From: Chiloscyllium plagiosum
Taxonomy: Eukaryota
Assembly: GCF_004010195.1 (NCBI RefSeq)
Contig: NC_057718.1
Location: forward strand, 56,805,166 to 56,869,165
Direction of reading: 5' to 3'
Length of the DNA stretch: 64,000 bases
Shown here: piece by piece, positions 35,626 through 49,892 of the stretch
Numbering within the stretch: position 1 is the first letter of the stretch
How the letters are laid out: every line of letters begins with the position of its first letter
Notes under the pieces: generated by a model
Databases searched by the model: none
What the model was told of the DNA's origin: nothing
Seen by the model: only the letters and a program-made list of their open reading frames with translations
Program-made: the position numbers and the translations under genes

Positions 35626-38049
35626 CTAGAACATACATGTGAAGTGATGGAAATTAATTTCAAACATTGTAAACACTAGTTCTTTGTCACAATTCTTCTG
35701 CAATTTGTTAAACATTTATGATAAATTACTGTTGAAGCAAGTTGATTTGCAACAGCTATGAAGAGCTATAAAGTAATCTTGAAAAGAGGTAGTACTGTCA
35801 TTGGACTGTCACCAAAACAATACAAAAAGAATGTTTACACAAGATCTGGGAAAACAAAATTAATGTAGTTTTCATTTTTCACTTTCTTTTTCAATTATTT
35901 ACTAACATTTGCAGTAAATACAAATGACTTAAATTACTAAATTTGCATATTGTCTTCTAAGTTTTAATGACAAATGCTTCCGATCCAAAATAATTGATGC
36001 ATTGCGAACATGGACCGAATTTTAACACTGTACACGAGAGCTTAATGAACTGAAGTATCATCTAATTTCTTGAAATACTATAATTATTCAAATTTAAGGG
36101 AGAATATTAAAAATTCACATTGAGTTTAAGCAAAAGTAAAATTTCTAATTTAAGAGTCTCAATATCATCTTGAATAAGCACAATATAGAGTTAACAGCAC
36201 AAGGGAAGACATTAGGTGGCTAATTTATGATCAGAAAGAGATCCAGTTAACTACAGTTTGAATAAATGAAACAACACATACATTGGGACATGAATCTCTC
36301 AGGCACTGCTGCCTGAAGCTAAGAACTTTTGCCTTCAAATATCTCTCAGCATTGTGCACATCTAATCAATAATGTCAATAGCCAGCACTGCAGTGAAGTG
36401 TCTACCTCGTTGACACTTGCCCCCACTTCCCTAATTAAAATTAAACAGGACATTAAAAATTGAACTGATCTGGTAGAGAAATTATCAGGAACTATGAGTG
36501 GGGAGGAAGAACAGACATGAAGTGTGTGAAAGAACAAATAACTGATATGTGCACCATGACAATGGACTGGAGGAATGGAACTTAGCATGAGGAATGAGTA
36601 GGATACTATGGAATGCACAGAAGCTTCAGTCAGAGAATGTATTTCTGTATTTCTGTTGGTAGTTCATAACAAGTAACATTTAAATTTTTCCACGATTGTT
36701 TGAGCTGTTGACTGTCCTCAAAATGATAGCCTCTGGGAACTGAGTTGTCATATCCAAAATATGAAAAATATACTGATGTCCTGCTTCATTTTCATTAATG
36801 GTCCTACACAGTCTACTAAAACCATAATGAATGGTTCCTCAAAATCTGGTATAGGTATTAAAGGTGCTGCGTTTGATTGTATGTGGATGTTTTCCTACCA
36901 TCCTCGTGCATGGTACTTTTACAAAACTGCACCACATATAATGAAGACTGGACCAGTAAAAGTGCCAGTTTATCAATCTTTTGAGTTTTCCACATTACTG
37001 CATATCCTGCCAAAATAATTTCATACATTCTCTACAATATTGTTTTACAACATGTCGGTGGTAATACTACCTGATTAAATAACTATTTACTCTTCATATG
37101 TACATCTGTAAGAGGATCTCCATTTCTTCACCAAAATCCAACTTTTAACACAATAACACTTTGGAACTCCCTCAGCCTCAACTTTTGTGGGCTGACTACT
37201 AATTTGCATAACTCTGCATCTAATCACAAACATACATAGTGGCGGTAGGCCATTCAGCCACTCTAACCTACCCCACCACTCATTACAATCATGGTTATCT
37301 GGCTGTAACATCAAATCCACTGTTTATCTATCCCAGTAACTTCTTACCCCTTTCTCACAAGCATCTGGCTAACTCTGCCTTGAAATATTCAAGGACTCCA
37401 CTTTCATGGGAGAGTTCCAAAGGCTCATGATCTGCAGAGGAAAAAGAAATTGCCAAATCTCTGTTTTAAATGAATGACCCCTGACTTTTAAATAGTGACC
37501 CCCAGTTTTAGCTTCTCCTATAAGAGGTAACATCTTCTCCACATCTATAGTGTCAAGACCCTTCAAGGTTTAAGTGTTTCACTCAAGTCACTTCTTCCTC
37601 TTCTAAACTTTATTGCATACATACCTAGCCCGACCAACCTTTCCTCATGAGACAACTCACCCATTTCAGGTATTAGTCTAGTAAATATTTGAAATGCCTC
37701 TAATGCATTTAGTTCCTGCCTTAAATAAGGTGATCAATACTGTGCATAGTACTCCTGGTGTAGTATCACCTGTTCCCTATGTAACTGCAGCATAAACTCC
37801 TTATTTTTGATTTTAATTTCCCTCAAATTATAACATGCTTTTTAGTTTTCCTAATTATTTGCTGTACCTGCAGACTAACCTTCTGTGATTCATGCATAAG
37901 GACATCCAGATCTCCCTGCATCTCAAAGCTCTGATATCTCTGATCATTTAGACGGTATTCTTTTTCATTCTTCCTGCCAAAACAACAGCTTCATATTTTC
38001 CCAAATAGTTTTTCATTTGCCGTATCTTTGCCCACTCACTGATCCTATC

Positions 38050-39175
38050 AAGTGTTCCCGAGAATGCTGTGGAAAGCTAGAGAAGTGTCTGCTGGAACTC
38101 TTGCTGAGATATTTGTATCATCGGTAGTCACAGGTGAAGTGCCGCAAGACTGGAGGTTGGCAAACGTGGTGCCACTGTTTAAGAAGGGCAGTAAAGACAA
38201 GCCAGGGAACTACAGACCAGTGAGCCTGACCTCACTGGTGGGCAAGTTGTTGGAGGGAATCTTGAGGGACAGGATGTACATCTATTTGGAAAGGCAAGGA
38301 CTGATTCAGGATAGTCAACATGGCTTTGTGCGAGGGAAATCATGCCTCACAAACTTGATTGAATTTTTTGAAGAAGTAACAAAGAAGATTGATGAGGGCA
38401 GAGCAGTAGATGTGATCTGTACGGACTTCAGTTAGGCGTTCGACAAGGTTCCCCGTGGGAGACTCATTAGCAAGGTTAGATCTCATGGAATACAGGGAGA
38501 ACTAGCTCCAAGTTAGAAGACAGACGGTGGTGGTGGAGGGTTGTTTTTCCGACTGGAGGCCTGTGACCAGTGGAGTGCCACAAGGATCGGTGCTGGGTCC
38601 TCTACTTTTTGTCATTTACATAAGTGATTTGGATGCAAGCACAAGAGGTATAGTTAGTAAGTTTGCAGATGACAACAAAATTGGAGGTGTAGTGGACAAC
38701 GAAGAGGGTTACCTCAGATTACAACAGGATCTGGACCAGATGGGCCAATGGGCTGAGAAGTGGCAGATGGAGTTTAATTCAGATAAATACGAGGTGCTGC
38801 ATTTTGAGAAAGTAAATCTTAGCAGGACTTATACACTTAATGGTAAGGTGCCAGGGAGTATTGCTGAACAAAGACCTTGGAGTGCAGGTTCATAACTCCT
38901 TGAAAGTGGAGTCACAGTTGGATAGGATAGTGAAGAAGGCGTTTGGTATGTTATCCTTTATTGGTCAGAGTATTGAGTACAGGAGTTGGGAGGTCATGTT
39001 ACGGCTGTTCAGGACATTGGTTAGGCCACTGTTGGAATATTGTGTGCAATTCTGGTCTTCCAATCGGAAAGATGTTGCGAAACTTGAAAGGGTTCAGAAA
39101 AGATTTACAAGGATGTTCCCAGGATTGAAGGATCTGAGCTACAGGGAGAGTCTGAACAGGCTGAGGCTGTTTTCA
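38050..39175 (+). mobile_element. Relatively young CR1 RT fragment
   Basis: VPQDWRLANVVPLFKKG..PGNYRPVSLTS, QHGFVRGKSCLTNLIEFFE, GVPQGSVLGPLLF, FADDNK; few disruptions. Confidence 0.92.
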
Positions 39176-39962
39176 ATAGATAATAGGTGCAGGAGTAGGC
39201 CATTCTGCCCTTCGAGCCTGCACCACCATTCAATATGATCATTGCTGTTCATCCTTAATCAGTATCCTGTTCCTGCCTTATCTCCATAACCCTTGATTTC
39301 ACTATCCTTGAGAGCTCTATCCAACTCTTTCTTAAATGAATCCAGAGACTGGGTTTCCACTGCCCTCTGGGGCAGAGCATTCCACACAGCCACCACTCAA
39401 TGGGTAAAGAAGTTTCTCCTCATCTCTGTCCTAAATGGTCTACCCCGTATTTTTAAGCTGGGTCCTCTAGTTCGGCACTCACCCATCATCGGAAACATGT
39501 TTCCTGCCTCCAGAGTGTCCAATCCTTTAATAATCTTATATGTCTCAATCAGATCCCCTCTCAGTCTTCTAAACTCAAGGGTATACAAGCCCAGTCACTC
39601 CAGTCTTTCAGCGTAAGGTAGTCCCGCCATTCCAGGAATTGACCTCGTGAACCTACGCTGCACTCCCTCAATAGCCAGAATGTCTTTCCTCAAATTTGGA
39701 GACCAGAACTGCACACAATACTCCAGGTGTGGTCTCACCAGGGCCCTGTACAGCTGCAGAAGAACCACTTTGCTTCTATACTCAATCCCTCTTGTTATGA
39801 AGGCCAGCATGCTATTAGCCTTCTTCACTACCTGCTGTACCTGCATGCTTACCTTCATTGACTGGAAAACACCCAGATCTCTTTGTACTGCCCCTTTACC
39901 TAAATTGATTCCATTTAGGTAGTAATCTGCCTTCCTGTTCTTGCCACCAAAGTGGATAACCA
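39176..39962 (-). mobile_element. Young CR1 3' fragment in opposite orientation
   Basis: LLQLYRALVRPHLEYCVQFWSP and LEFRRLRGDLIETYKII..RTEMRRNFF, followed by a 3' UTR ending at about 39176. Confidence 0.9.
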
Positions 39963-40319
39963 GCTTAGTATCATGTAGGAAAACATAGTTGTAAGCCATA
40001 GGATTGGAAAAATTTTTAAAACCCACAAAATATAAACCAAAGAAGGAAGAAAATTAACTTTGAGGGCAAAGTTTCAAGTAATATCAAAACAAATAACAAT
40101 TGCTCATTTAACAGTATTAAACAAAGGCTAGTGAACCTGGGTTCCTTAGAGAATAAGGTGGGGAAACAGGAAATGGCAGAAAAGTTGAATACTTTGCATC
40201 ATTCTTCACAGCAAACACCCTTACAGCACCCCAAAATTATTAAGTATTCACAGGGCAAAAAAGTGGAGAGGAAATAAATAAAATAACAATCACTAGAGAA
40301 CAAATATTAGGAGAAACAG

Positions 40320-42728
40320 AGTTTTAAGATACTCATTGGTAAGGATAACATCAGTCCTCAGATGAAAGAGTGTGAAAATGGTGGAAGGTGAACTACAAAA
40401 ATATTAGGCAGGAACTAGAGAATTTTGACTGGGAGGTGGCTGTTTGAGGGAAAATCCACAACGGACACGTGGGAGTATTTCAAACGGCAGTTGATAGAGG
40501 TTCAGGAGTGACATGTATCTCCAAGGATGAAGAATAGGTATGGCAAGTTAGATGAATCTTGCATTACCAGGGATGTTATGACTTTGGTCAAAAAGAAAAA
40601 GGATACATAAGATCCAGGAGGATGGGAACTGATGAAGTCCTTGAAGGAAAGTAGAAAAGAACTTAAATAAAGAATTTGAAGGACAAAAAGGGATCATGAA
40701 AAGACCTTAGCAAACAGGATTAAGAGAATCCCAAGGCTTTATAAAAAGCAAGAGGGTAGCTAGGGAAAGGGTTGGGCCAGTCAAGGACAAAGGAAGGAAT
40801 CTACGTGTGGAGCCAGAAGAGGCAGGTGAGGTCCTAAATAAGTACTTTGTGTCAGTTTTCATCAAACAGAAGGAATTGGTGGACGATAATCTCAGGGAAG
40901 GTAATGCCAAATTTCTAAGGCAAGTTGCTATTAAAAAGGAAGAGATGTTGTCATCTTATTAAGATAGATGAGTCCCTGAGTCCTGATGTGATCCCAGAAT
41001 ATTGAGAGAGGCAAGAAAACAAATTGCTGGAGCAGTAACAGACATCGTTGCATCCTCTTTGGCCTCAGGTGAGGTCCCAGATGACTGGAGAATAGCCAAT
41101 GCTGTCTCGTTGTTTAAGAAACGTAGTAGGGATAATCCAGGAAATTATAGGCTTGTATGCCTCACATCAGTGGTAGGAAAATTACTGGAAAAGATTCTTA
41201 GGGACAAGATCTACACGTATTTGGAAGCAATTTAGAGATAGACAGCATTGTTGTGTGCAGGGGAGGTCATGCCTCACTAACTTGATTGAGTTGTTTGAGG
41301 AGGTGACAAAGATGATTGATGAGGGAAAAACAGCTGATGTTGTCTACATGGACTTCAGTAAAGCTTTTGACAAGGTCCCTCTTGGCAGACTGGTACAAAA
41401 GCGGAGGTCCCATGGTATTAGGGGTGAGCTGGCAAGGTGGATACAGAACTAGTTCAGTCATAGGAAACCGAGGGTAGTGTTGGAAGGATGTTTTTTGGAA
41501 ATGGAGGGCTGAAACTAATGGTATTCCACAGGGGTCAGTGCTGTTCGTGGTCTACATAAATGATTGGGAGAAAAACGTGACTGGTCTAATTAGTAAGTTT
41601 GTGGAGGATGCAAAGGTTGGTGGAGTTGCAGATAGTGAGGAGGATTGTCAGAGGATACAGCAGGATATGGATTAGTTGGAGGCATGGGCAGAAAAACAGC
41701 AGATGGAGTTTAATCTGGACAAATGTGGGGTGATGCATTTTGGAAGGTCAAGGGCAGGTGTAAATTATGCAGTGAACGGCAGAGACATATGTCGAGGGAT
41801 CTGTTTGTGCAGGTCCACAGATCCCTGAAGATGGCAGCGCAGGTAGCTAGGATAGTAAAAAAAGGCCTATGGCATGCTTGCCTTCTTTGAAAATGACATT
41901 GAGTATCAGGATAAGCAAGTTATGCTGCAGCTTTATAGCACTTTAGTTGGGCCGCACTTGGAATATTGCATACAGTTCTAGTCACCATACTACCAGAAGG
42001 ATGTGGATGCTGTAGAGAAGTTGCAGAAAAGGTTTACCAGTATGGTTCCTGGTATGGGGAATTTTAGCGATGAAGAAAGGTTGGAAATTCTGAGTTTGTT
42101 TTCACTAGAATGCAGGAAGCTGAAGGGTGACCAGATAGAAGTCTATAAGATTGTGAATGGCATGGATAGAGTGGAAAGCATGAGACTTTTTCCTAGTGTG
42201 GGGAGGTCAATTACTAGGGGACATAGGTTCAGGGTTGGATGGGGATGCAATTTTGAGAGAAAGTGAGGACTGCAGATGCTGGAGATCAGAGCTGAAAATG
42301 TGTTGCTGGAAAAGCGCAGCAGGTCAGGCAGCATCCAAGGAGCAGGAGAATCGACGTTTCGGGCATGAACTCTTCTTCAAGTACACATTTTCCTGAAGAA
42401 AGGCTCACGCCCGAAACGTCGATTCTCCTGCTCCTTGGATGCTGCCTGACCTGCTGCGCTTTTCCAGCAATACATTTTCAGTGCAATTTTGAGAGATGTG
42501 CAAGTCAACTTTTTCATTTAAAAGGCCGTAAGTACCCAGAACACACTGCCAGAGATGATGGTGGAAGCAGACACAATAGCAGCTTTCAAGAAGCACCTGG
42601 ACGAATACATAAATTGGAAGTGAATATGGGGATATGGATCCTGTAAGGGAGGACAGATTTAATACAGAAGGGCAATATCTGTTGGCACAGGCTTGGAGGG
42701 CCAAAGTGCCTCTTCCTGTGCTGTATTA
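40320..42728 (+). mobile_element. Decayed CR1 ORF2 (linker, RT, 3' end) hosting a hairpin insertion; an older CR1 fragment follows at about 42730-43825
   Basis: VPDDWRIANAVSLFKK..NPGNYR, SCLTNLIE..DVVYMDFSKAFDKVP and 3' tail gcctcttcctgtgctgta. Confidence 0.88.
42261..42481. mobile_element. Fold-back PLE-terminus insertion (hammerhead motif plus 42393-42420; degenerate copy on the minus strand)
   Basis: 15-bp TSD tgcaattttgagaga at 42246-42260 / 42482-42496; inverted arms. Confidence 0.9.
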
Positions 42729-44165
42729 ACAGATAGGTCCCCTGGTCCTGATGGGATGCATGCTAGAATATTAAAAGAAGTAGCTACAGAGGTAATGGAG
42801 GATTGGAAAACTACCAATGTAATATCTTTAGTTAAAAAGGGAGGAGAAAAAAGGTTTACTAGAGATTAGCGAGCTTATCATCTGTTATTGGGAATAAATG
42901 ACAGTCTACATAAAGAACACAGTTGCACAGCAGTATATTATCAAGCAGAGTCAACAAGGGGAAAATCATGCCTGACCAAATTTACCAGAATTCTTTGAGG
43001 TGGTAACAAGCAATATAGGTAAAGGGGAAGCAATAGATCTAATATATGTGTGTTTTCAAAAGGCATTTGATAAGGTGCCACACAATTGGCTCTAACCTTA
43101 ATGAAGAACCTATGATGTTGGAAGTAGTATAGGAGCATGCATAGAGGATTGATTAACTAATCTAAGAGAGTTGCGTTAAGGGAGGCATTGTCAGGATAGT
43201 AACCTAAAGCTAGTGAAGTGCCACGGAGATCAGAGCTGGTGTCATAATTATTTACAGTATATATTAATGACTTGAATGAGGAGAGAGTGTACTGTAGCCA
43301 AGCTTGCAGACAAAACAAAATAGGTGAGAAGACAAGTGGTGAGGATGGCACAAAGGGTCTGAAGAGGGGTACAGACAGATTAAGAAAGTGGGCGAATACT
43401 TGATAGTTGGAAGATAACCCAGGGAAATGTGAGGTTATGCACTTTGGCAGGAAGAATAGAGGTGGTGAATATTATTTAAATTGAGTAAGTCTACAAAATG
43501 CTGAAGAAAAGGGATTTAGGGCTCCTCAACCATGAATCATAAAAAGCTCGCATCCAAGTTCAGAGGACAATAGGGAAGGCAACTGGGAAATTGGCTTTTT
43601 TTCCCCAAAGGGAATGCAGCATACAATTAGAAAGGTTTTACTAAAACTATAGAAAGTACTCCACAGCTAGAATGCGAGCAAAGTTTTAGGTCCCTTGTCC
43701 AAGGCAAAATATATTGGCATTGAAGGCATCCAGAGAAAGTTCACTGGACTGATAACAGATATGGAGGGCCTATCTTATGAGAAGAGATTGAGTGGATAGG
43801 AATTGAGAAGAATGCAAGACAACCATGGGCTTGATGTATCATTTGAGGAATAAGGGATTACTTTACCTCAGCAAAAACCATTTTAATTCACTTCTCCTGC
43901 ACACTCAGCAATGTTCACCATCAGACTCATTGCTGTCTTTAAACCTATAATTTATTCCGTTAGTTTTTCATTCCGTGCTTCTTTTTTGCAACCATTCTTA
44001 TGAACCCAATTAGTCCCATAAGTTTTGCATGTGTTGTGCTTAAAACTAGGTAGGCCTCATTGACTATGAGGTCCTTGATTAACCCAGGTTAACAACCCCA
44101 ATCAGGGGCACTGGTTGAACAATATTTGGGAATATCCTCAGATCAGGGACTGACTCTGAGCAGGC

Positions 44166-44351
44166 GAGGTTCTGGATTAGTGGTGCTGGAAGAGCACAGC
44201 AGTTCAGGCAGCATCCGAGGAGCAGTAAAATTGACGTTTCGGACAAAAGCCCTTCATCAGGAAGGACTGATGCTGCCTGAACTGCTGTGCTCTTCCAGCA
44301 CCACTAATCCAGAATCTGGTTTCCACCATCTGCAGTCATTGTTTTTACCTA
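44166..44351. mobile_element. Fold-back PLE-terminus insertion within the Gypsy 5' LTR; hammerhead motif on the minus strand (44233-44260) in the unpaired centre
   Basis: 11-bp TSD tctgagcaggc at 44155-44165 / 44352-44362; minus strand CTGATGA-A-GGGC(TTTT)GTCC-GAAA-CG-TC. Confidence 0.88.
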
Positions 44352-46204
44352 TCTGAGCAGGCTAGCCATAGTCAGTGGTACGTGCACAAGTAAATAAAGG
44401 GTGCCTTGGTACTGGCCTCATTGCAGTAGTGACAGGAGAAAATATTACGTGCCTGAAGAACATTTATTTGCGACAGTTATCTTGGAGTTGGGGTAAGCAT
44501 TTCTGGCATCATGCTGTTATTTGGAAGTTGACTCACTTGCACCTGCTAAAGTCTGGGTCCAGTATGTGGAAAGAATGTAATTTTTTTCTGGGGAATGACA
44601 TTGGGGCAGATGAAAACTAATGAGTAATCCTTCTGACTGCTTATGGACACGCAGCATTTTGAGTAATAAGGAGCTTAACTTTTCCAGAACACCAGACACT
44701 AAAATCTTCTGAGTAGACTGAGGCAGTTAAGGAAGATCACAACCCCAAAATTCCTCTAATCCTGAGACGCTATCTGTTTCATTCGGCTGTTAGAGAACCA
44801 GGCGAATTCATATCAGGATTTTTAATGAAGTTAAGACGACTGGCAGAAGCATCTGATTTTGGGTTAACCCCGAATGAGATGCTGAGACACCATTTGGTAT
44901 GTGGGATTAATGATATAACCATGCACCAACTATCTGAGCCCAACTGGACCTCAAACAGGCACTACAGCTAGCTCTGTTATTAAAAAATGCAGCAAGTGGA
45001 GAATGGGAACTACAGGGCATCCCAATGGAAGTGAACATCCTCACCTGTCCAACTGAGCTTGGGGTACACCACTTGTGTGTAGGCATTCACAGAGCCTCAA
45101 GTAAAGCAAATCCTGTGCAGAGGGAACCTCGAAAGGCCCACAGAAGAACCCCAAATAAAGCCAAGCTTAGGCCAAGCGGCCAAAAAGTTCTTCAGGATCT
45201 AGGCTGGCAAGCCGTTGTAGTTGTTGCCTGCATGCCGACTCGAGACAGCAAAGTAGTCCTACAAGGTCTGATTTACCTCAAGAAAACTCGTAGGCCGGTC
45301 CCCAGGAGAGTGCACACCCTCACGTCCCCCTACACGTAGTTTGGAAAAATTAGATTGCTTATCCACATCCAAATTAAAATCTATTAACGTTTGTTTAAAT
45401 GGTCACACAGATCAATACCGGCCCAGCCGTATCAGTGGTTGCAGAGTCTGTCTTTAACAAGATTCGCTCGGGTCCCCAACCTTTAAGTTTGCAGAAGACC
45501 TCAGCCACACAAAGGACAAACACTGAGGAATCATTGCAAATTAGCACTTCGGTTCTGATCTATGAGAAGCAGTTGGTGCAGTTACCATTGATGGTAGTAA
45601 GAGGTGCGGGCCCAAGCCTGTTGGGGCAGAATTAGTTGAGAAAGATTCACCTAAATTGGCTCAACATTTTTCAAATAGAAAATAGCTGCCTCAGTGAAGT
45701 CCTAGTGAAATACCCAAGATTTTATTTAGGAAGGGCTAAGGACTATTAAAGAGGCCAAAGCCACTTTACATGTTAACCAGGAAACAATTCCAGTGATTTT
45801 GCAAGAACTCAAGAGGATGGAAATTGAATGAATCAAACTACTGCAATTTGCAGAATGGGCAGCACGAGTCATACCATCTGTGAAGCCTGGTGACTCAGTT
45901 CATGTTTGTGGGGATTTTAAGCAAATGGTAATCCACTTCTTGCAGTTAAATAAATATCCAAGCACTCGCATAGAGGACTTGTATGCAAAGTTCTTGGCTG
46001 GCCATCCTTTACGAAGCTGGACATGAGCCATGTGCACCTGCAATTGCAACTGCAACTGGATGAGGAGTCTCAGAAATACGCCAGTTAACCCCATAAGGGT
46101 TTATACCAAAATACAAGACTGCCATTTGGATTGTCATCAGCCTGTACCTTTTTACAGTGGACCATGGAGATCATTTTACAAGGGCTACCCCAGATTACCA
46201 TTTG

Positions 46205-46560
46205 TGAATCTAGTTATGGCCAGGGAGGAATGGAAGGGAGGGGGAAGGGCTAGGAAGGGAGGTTATTTGAAATTGGACAACTCTATGCCCCAACTCTTCC
46301 ATTCCTCCCAGCCACCTACCGGATTCATTCCTCTCATTGACCAACCAGGTCGTACCCTCTGCCTGTCTTCACCTATCCCCACTTCACCACCTTATCCTCC
46401 ACCACCCACTTTATCTGCAGTTCCCCCCATACCCACCCCGAGTCCTGAAGGGTTACATCCGAAATATCAACTTCTCCACCTCTTGATGCTGCCTGGCTTG
46501 CTGTGTTCTTCCAGCCAGTCTACTTTGGATTCCAGCATCTGCAGTTTTTTGTCTCTAACC
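46205..46560. mobile_element. PLE 3'-terminus fragment with short inverted 5' piece, inserted in the Gypsy pol
   Basis: Degenerate ctgaagggttacatccgaaatatc, then gatgctgcctggcttgctgtgttcttccagc..ccagcatctgcag; the left part is inverted relative to the right. Confidence 0.65.
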
Positions 46561-48789
46561 AATATTACTTTGGGAAGGAAGGGCAATTGTCCTAAGTAAA
46601 GGTTGTTGCCAGATACTGGCTGAACTCCACCAGGGTCATTCAGGAGTTTCCAAGATGAAGATGCTATGTCTGGTGGCCAGGGTTGGTTTCTGACATAACT
46701 GCGTTTGTAGTGCAGTGCCCAAAGTGCCAACAAGGAAAAACTGCCACCAGCGGCTGCTCCACATTCGTGTGAATGACGGGATAAACCCTGCATCTGGTTA
46801 TATGTAGACTATGCTGGTCCCTTCATTAGCTCTATGTTCCTAGTCATTGTGGATGCCCATTCAAAGTGATTGGATGTGCATAAAGTTTCAGCAAACTCAG
46901 GGATGACAATTGAGAAGCTGTGAGCACCGTTCATGATAGTATTGGTCACAGACAACAAAACATTATTTATCAGCAGGGAATTTGAGTATTTCCTGAAATT
47001 GAATGGCATTTGGCACATAGGACAGCTCCATATCATCCAAAGGTCCAATGGAAAGAGCAGTCCTTGAAGGCAGGCTTGAACAAGCAAACTAATGTGACCC
47101 TTGATACTCAACTGTAGTGGTTCCTGTTTGATTAAAAGACCACCCCACACTCCTCATGCAACAACAAGGATAGCTCCAGCAGAGTTGCTGATGTGGGGAA
47201 GACTTCACACCAGGTTAAATCTGATATTCCCAGATGTGTGGGGGAGGGGAATGGCAGCAGGAACACCAAAGCCAGCCACATACCTCCTCCAAGCGAGAGA
47301 CAACTTAATTTGGGGTTAAATTTGGTGCCAGAACCATGGGAATAGCCCTGCATGGGTGCGAGGCGAGGGTGCTGCTGGTTCAGGTCCTGTGACTTATGAC
47401 ATTTGGGTAGGTGAGGCAGTCCTGAACAAACATGTGGATGACCTAAAAGCTGTTATCTCACTAACAGAGCAGAAGCAAAACGCAACTCGACCTTGAGAAC
47501 AGCCAGAAGGCCTGTCAGAGACCATATGTTCTCCCCCTCCGCATCTAGTGTCAAGGAAGCTTTGGAGTCAGAGATGGATACAACCTCAATACTATTACTG
47601 CTGGAAGAGGAGGAAACTCTCGGGACATCCTGGACATGAGATCAGCTATGATCTGGTAAACACTGCCTGTGTCAGAATCCTAATCAGCGCAACCGGACTG
47701 GGGTGAAAACATCAGAGGAAAATCCAAGAGAGAGACCAGGCCTACATCCCTGAACTTGATTGTTTTGTTTTTTGGGGGTGGCAGAGGTGAGGGGGTGGTT
47801 TGTTTGGAGGGATGTAGTCATTGAACAAGGGCCTCTTGTTCCAGAGGTATAGACACTACCACTATGCCACAAGAGCCCGGTAAGTTCCTTAGGATATTGT
47901 CCTAGGCCAAACCGTCTTACTGCTTTATTAATGACACAAGACCAAAGAAATAGGAACAGGATAACGCCATTCAGCCCTCAAATCTACTTCTTCACCATAA
48001 TAGCTGATCTGACATTCCTCTCATCCACTTTACTGCCCTTTCTCCAAAGCCCTTGATTCCGCTACTGTTCAAGAATCTATCTCAGCCTTACATATACACA
48101 GGGACTCTGTCCCCACAGTACTGTGGCAAGGAATTCTAAAAACCCAACTCTCCAAGAGAAGAAATTCTTCCTCGTCAGTCTAAAATTAGCACCCCTTAAT
48201 TCTAAGACTATGTCTCTGGTTCTACACTCCCATGTGGGGAAACATTCTCTCATCATTTACCCTGTCAGGTCCCATAAGAATCTAATATGTTTCAGTGAGA
48301 CCACCTCTCATTCTCCTAAACGTCAGTGAGTAGATGCCGACCTATTTAGCTTTTACTCATAATACAATCCCTCACTACCAGTATTCATCCAAGTGAACTT
48401 TCTCTGAATTGCCTCCAATGAAGTGATATCTTTCCTTAAATAGGAGACCAAAACTGCTCACAGTACTCTAGATGTGGTCTCCCCAGCTTGTACTGATGGA
48501 GTAAGAACTCCCCACTCTTACTCCAACCCAATCCTGACTCCTGTGGTACCCTACTGATCATGGATCACCAATCTGAAAAATAATTCCCTATCCTCACTTG
48601 CTGTTTCCTGCCCATATTATCTATCCATACAAATACATCACCTCTAACATGGTAGGCTCTCAATTTATGATGTAAATTTTTTGAGAGGTGCCTTGTTGAA
48701 CATCTTCTGGAAGTTCGAATAGAACACATCTACAGGTTCCTTCTATCCAGTCCGGCTGAGACTTTCTCCAATATCTCGAATAAATTTGT

Positions 48790-48934
48790 TAAAAATCACA
48801 ACACCAGGTGGTTGCAAGGAGCAGTGCTCTGAAAGCTAGTGCTTCCAAATAAACCTGCTAGACTACAACCTGCTGTTGTGTGAGTTTTACCTTTGTACAC
48901 ACCAGTCCAACACCGACTCCTCCAACTCACATCT
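48790..48934. mobile_element. Second-family ('AGCT') PLE-terminus insertion, hammerhead motif 5'-truncated
   Basis: aaggagcagtgctctgaaagctagtgcttcc..aaacctg; imperfect TSD aataaattWgt at 48779-48789 / 48935-48945. Confidence 0.7.
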
Positions 48935-49892
48935 AATAAATTAGTCTAATAAATGAAGTCATGACGATTCTGCTTCAGTACATTATGACTTTCAAAATGT
49001 TTTGCTATTATTTCCTTAATTCCAAAACTTCCCCAACAATTGATCATTTTAACTCATTTGTGGGAAGTGGATGTTGCTAGTTGACCAGCGTTTATTGTCT
49101 GTCCCTAGTTGCCTTTGATGGTGGTGGTGTGTTGCCGCCTTGAACTGCTGCAGTCCACCTGCTGTGGGTTAACCCACAATTCTGTTAGGTAGGGATTCCA
49201 GGATTTTGACCCAGTAACTGTGAAGGAACAGTGATATATTTTCAAGTCAGAATGGGAAAAAGCTTGAAGGGGAACTTGCTTGTGTGTTCCATGCCCTTCT
49301 AGATGGAAGTGCTGTGTGAGGATCTTTGCTCAATTTCTGTAGTGCATCTTGTAGATTGCACACATTGCAGCTACTGAATGTCAGTGGTGGAGCAAGTTGA
49401 TGTTTGGGATGAGGTGTCTATCAAGTGGCTGTCCTTGGTGGTGTCAAGCTTCTCGAGTGTTGTTGGAGTTGCACCCATCCAGGCTAGTGGAAGATATTCC
49501 ATCACATTCCTGACTTGGGCCTTGTAGATGGTTGACAGGTTTTGGGGAGTCAGTTGGATTACTCACTGCAGTATTTCTACCCTATAATGTGTTCTTATAG
49601 CGACTATGTTTATTTGGTGAGTCCAGTCCAGTATCTGGTCAATGGTAACCTCCAGGATATAGGTAATGGGGGATTCAGTGATGGTAACACCATTGAATGT
49701 CAAGGGATGATGGTTAGATTGTCTCTTCCTGGTGATGGCATTTGTGAACATTACTTGCCAATTGTCAGTCGATGTATGGATATTATTCAGATCTTGTGGG
49801 GGTTTGGGGGATGATTGGACCTGGACACTGTCCTGAAAAACTCCTGCAGAGATGTCCTAGGGCTGAGATGACTGACCTCCAACAATCACAAA

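Larger units (their letters stand above)
44030..47833 (+). mobile_element. Decayed Gypsy-like LTR retrotransposon (5' LTR, gag, protease, RT, integrase, PPT, start of 3' LTR)
   Basis: Gag start 'M.LFGKL..W.QYVE'; protease INTGPAVSVV (DTG-like); RT remnants (WAA.V...VKP, CGDFK, YTK..LPFG); integrase VDYAGPF..FLVIVDAHSK; purine-rich tract, then TGTAGT at 47813. Confidence 0.85.
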
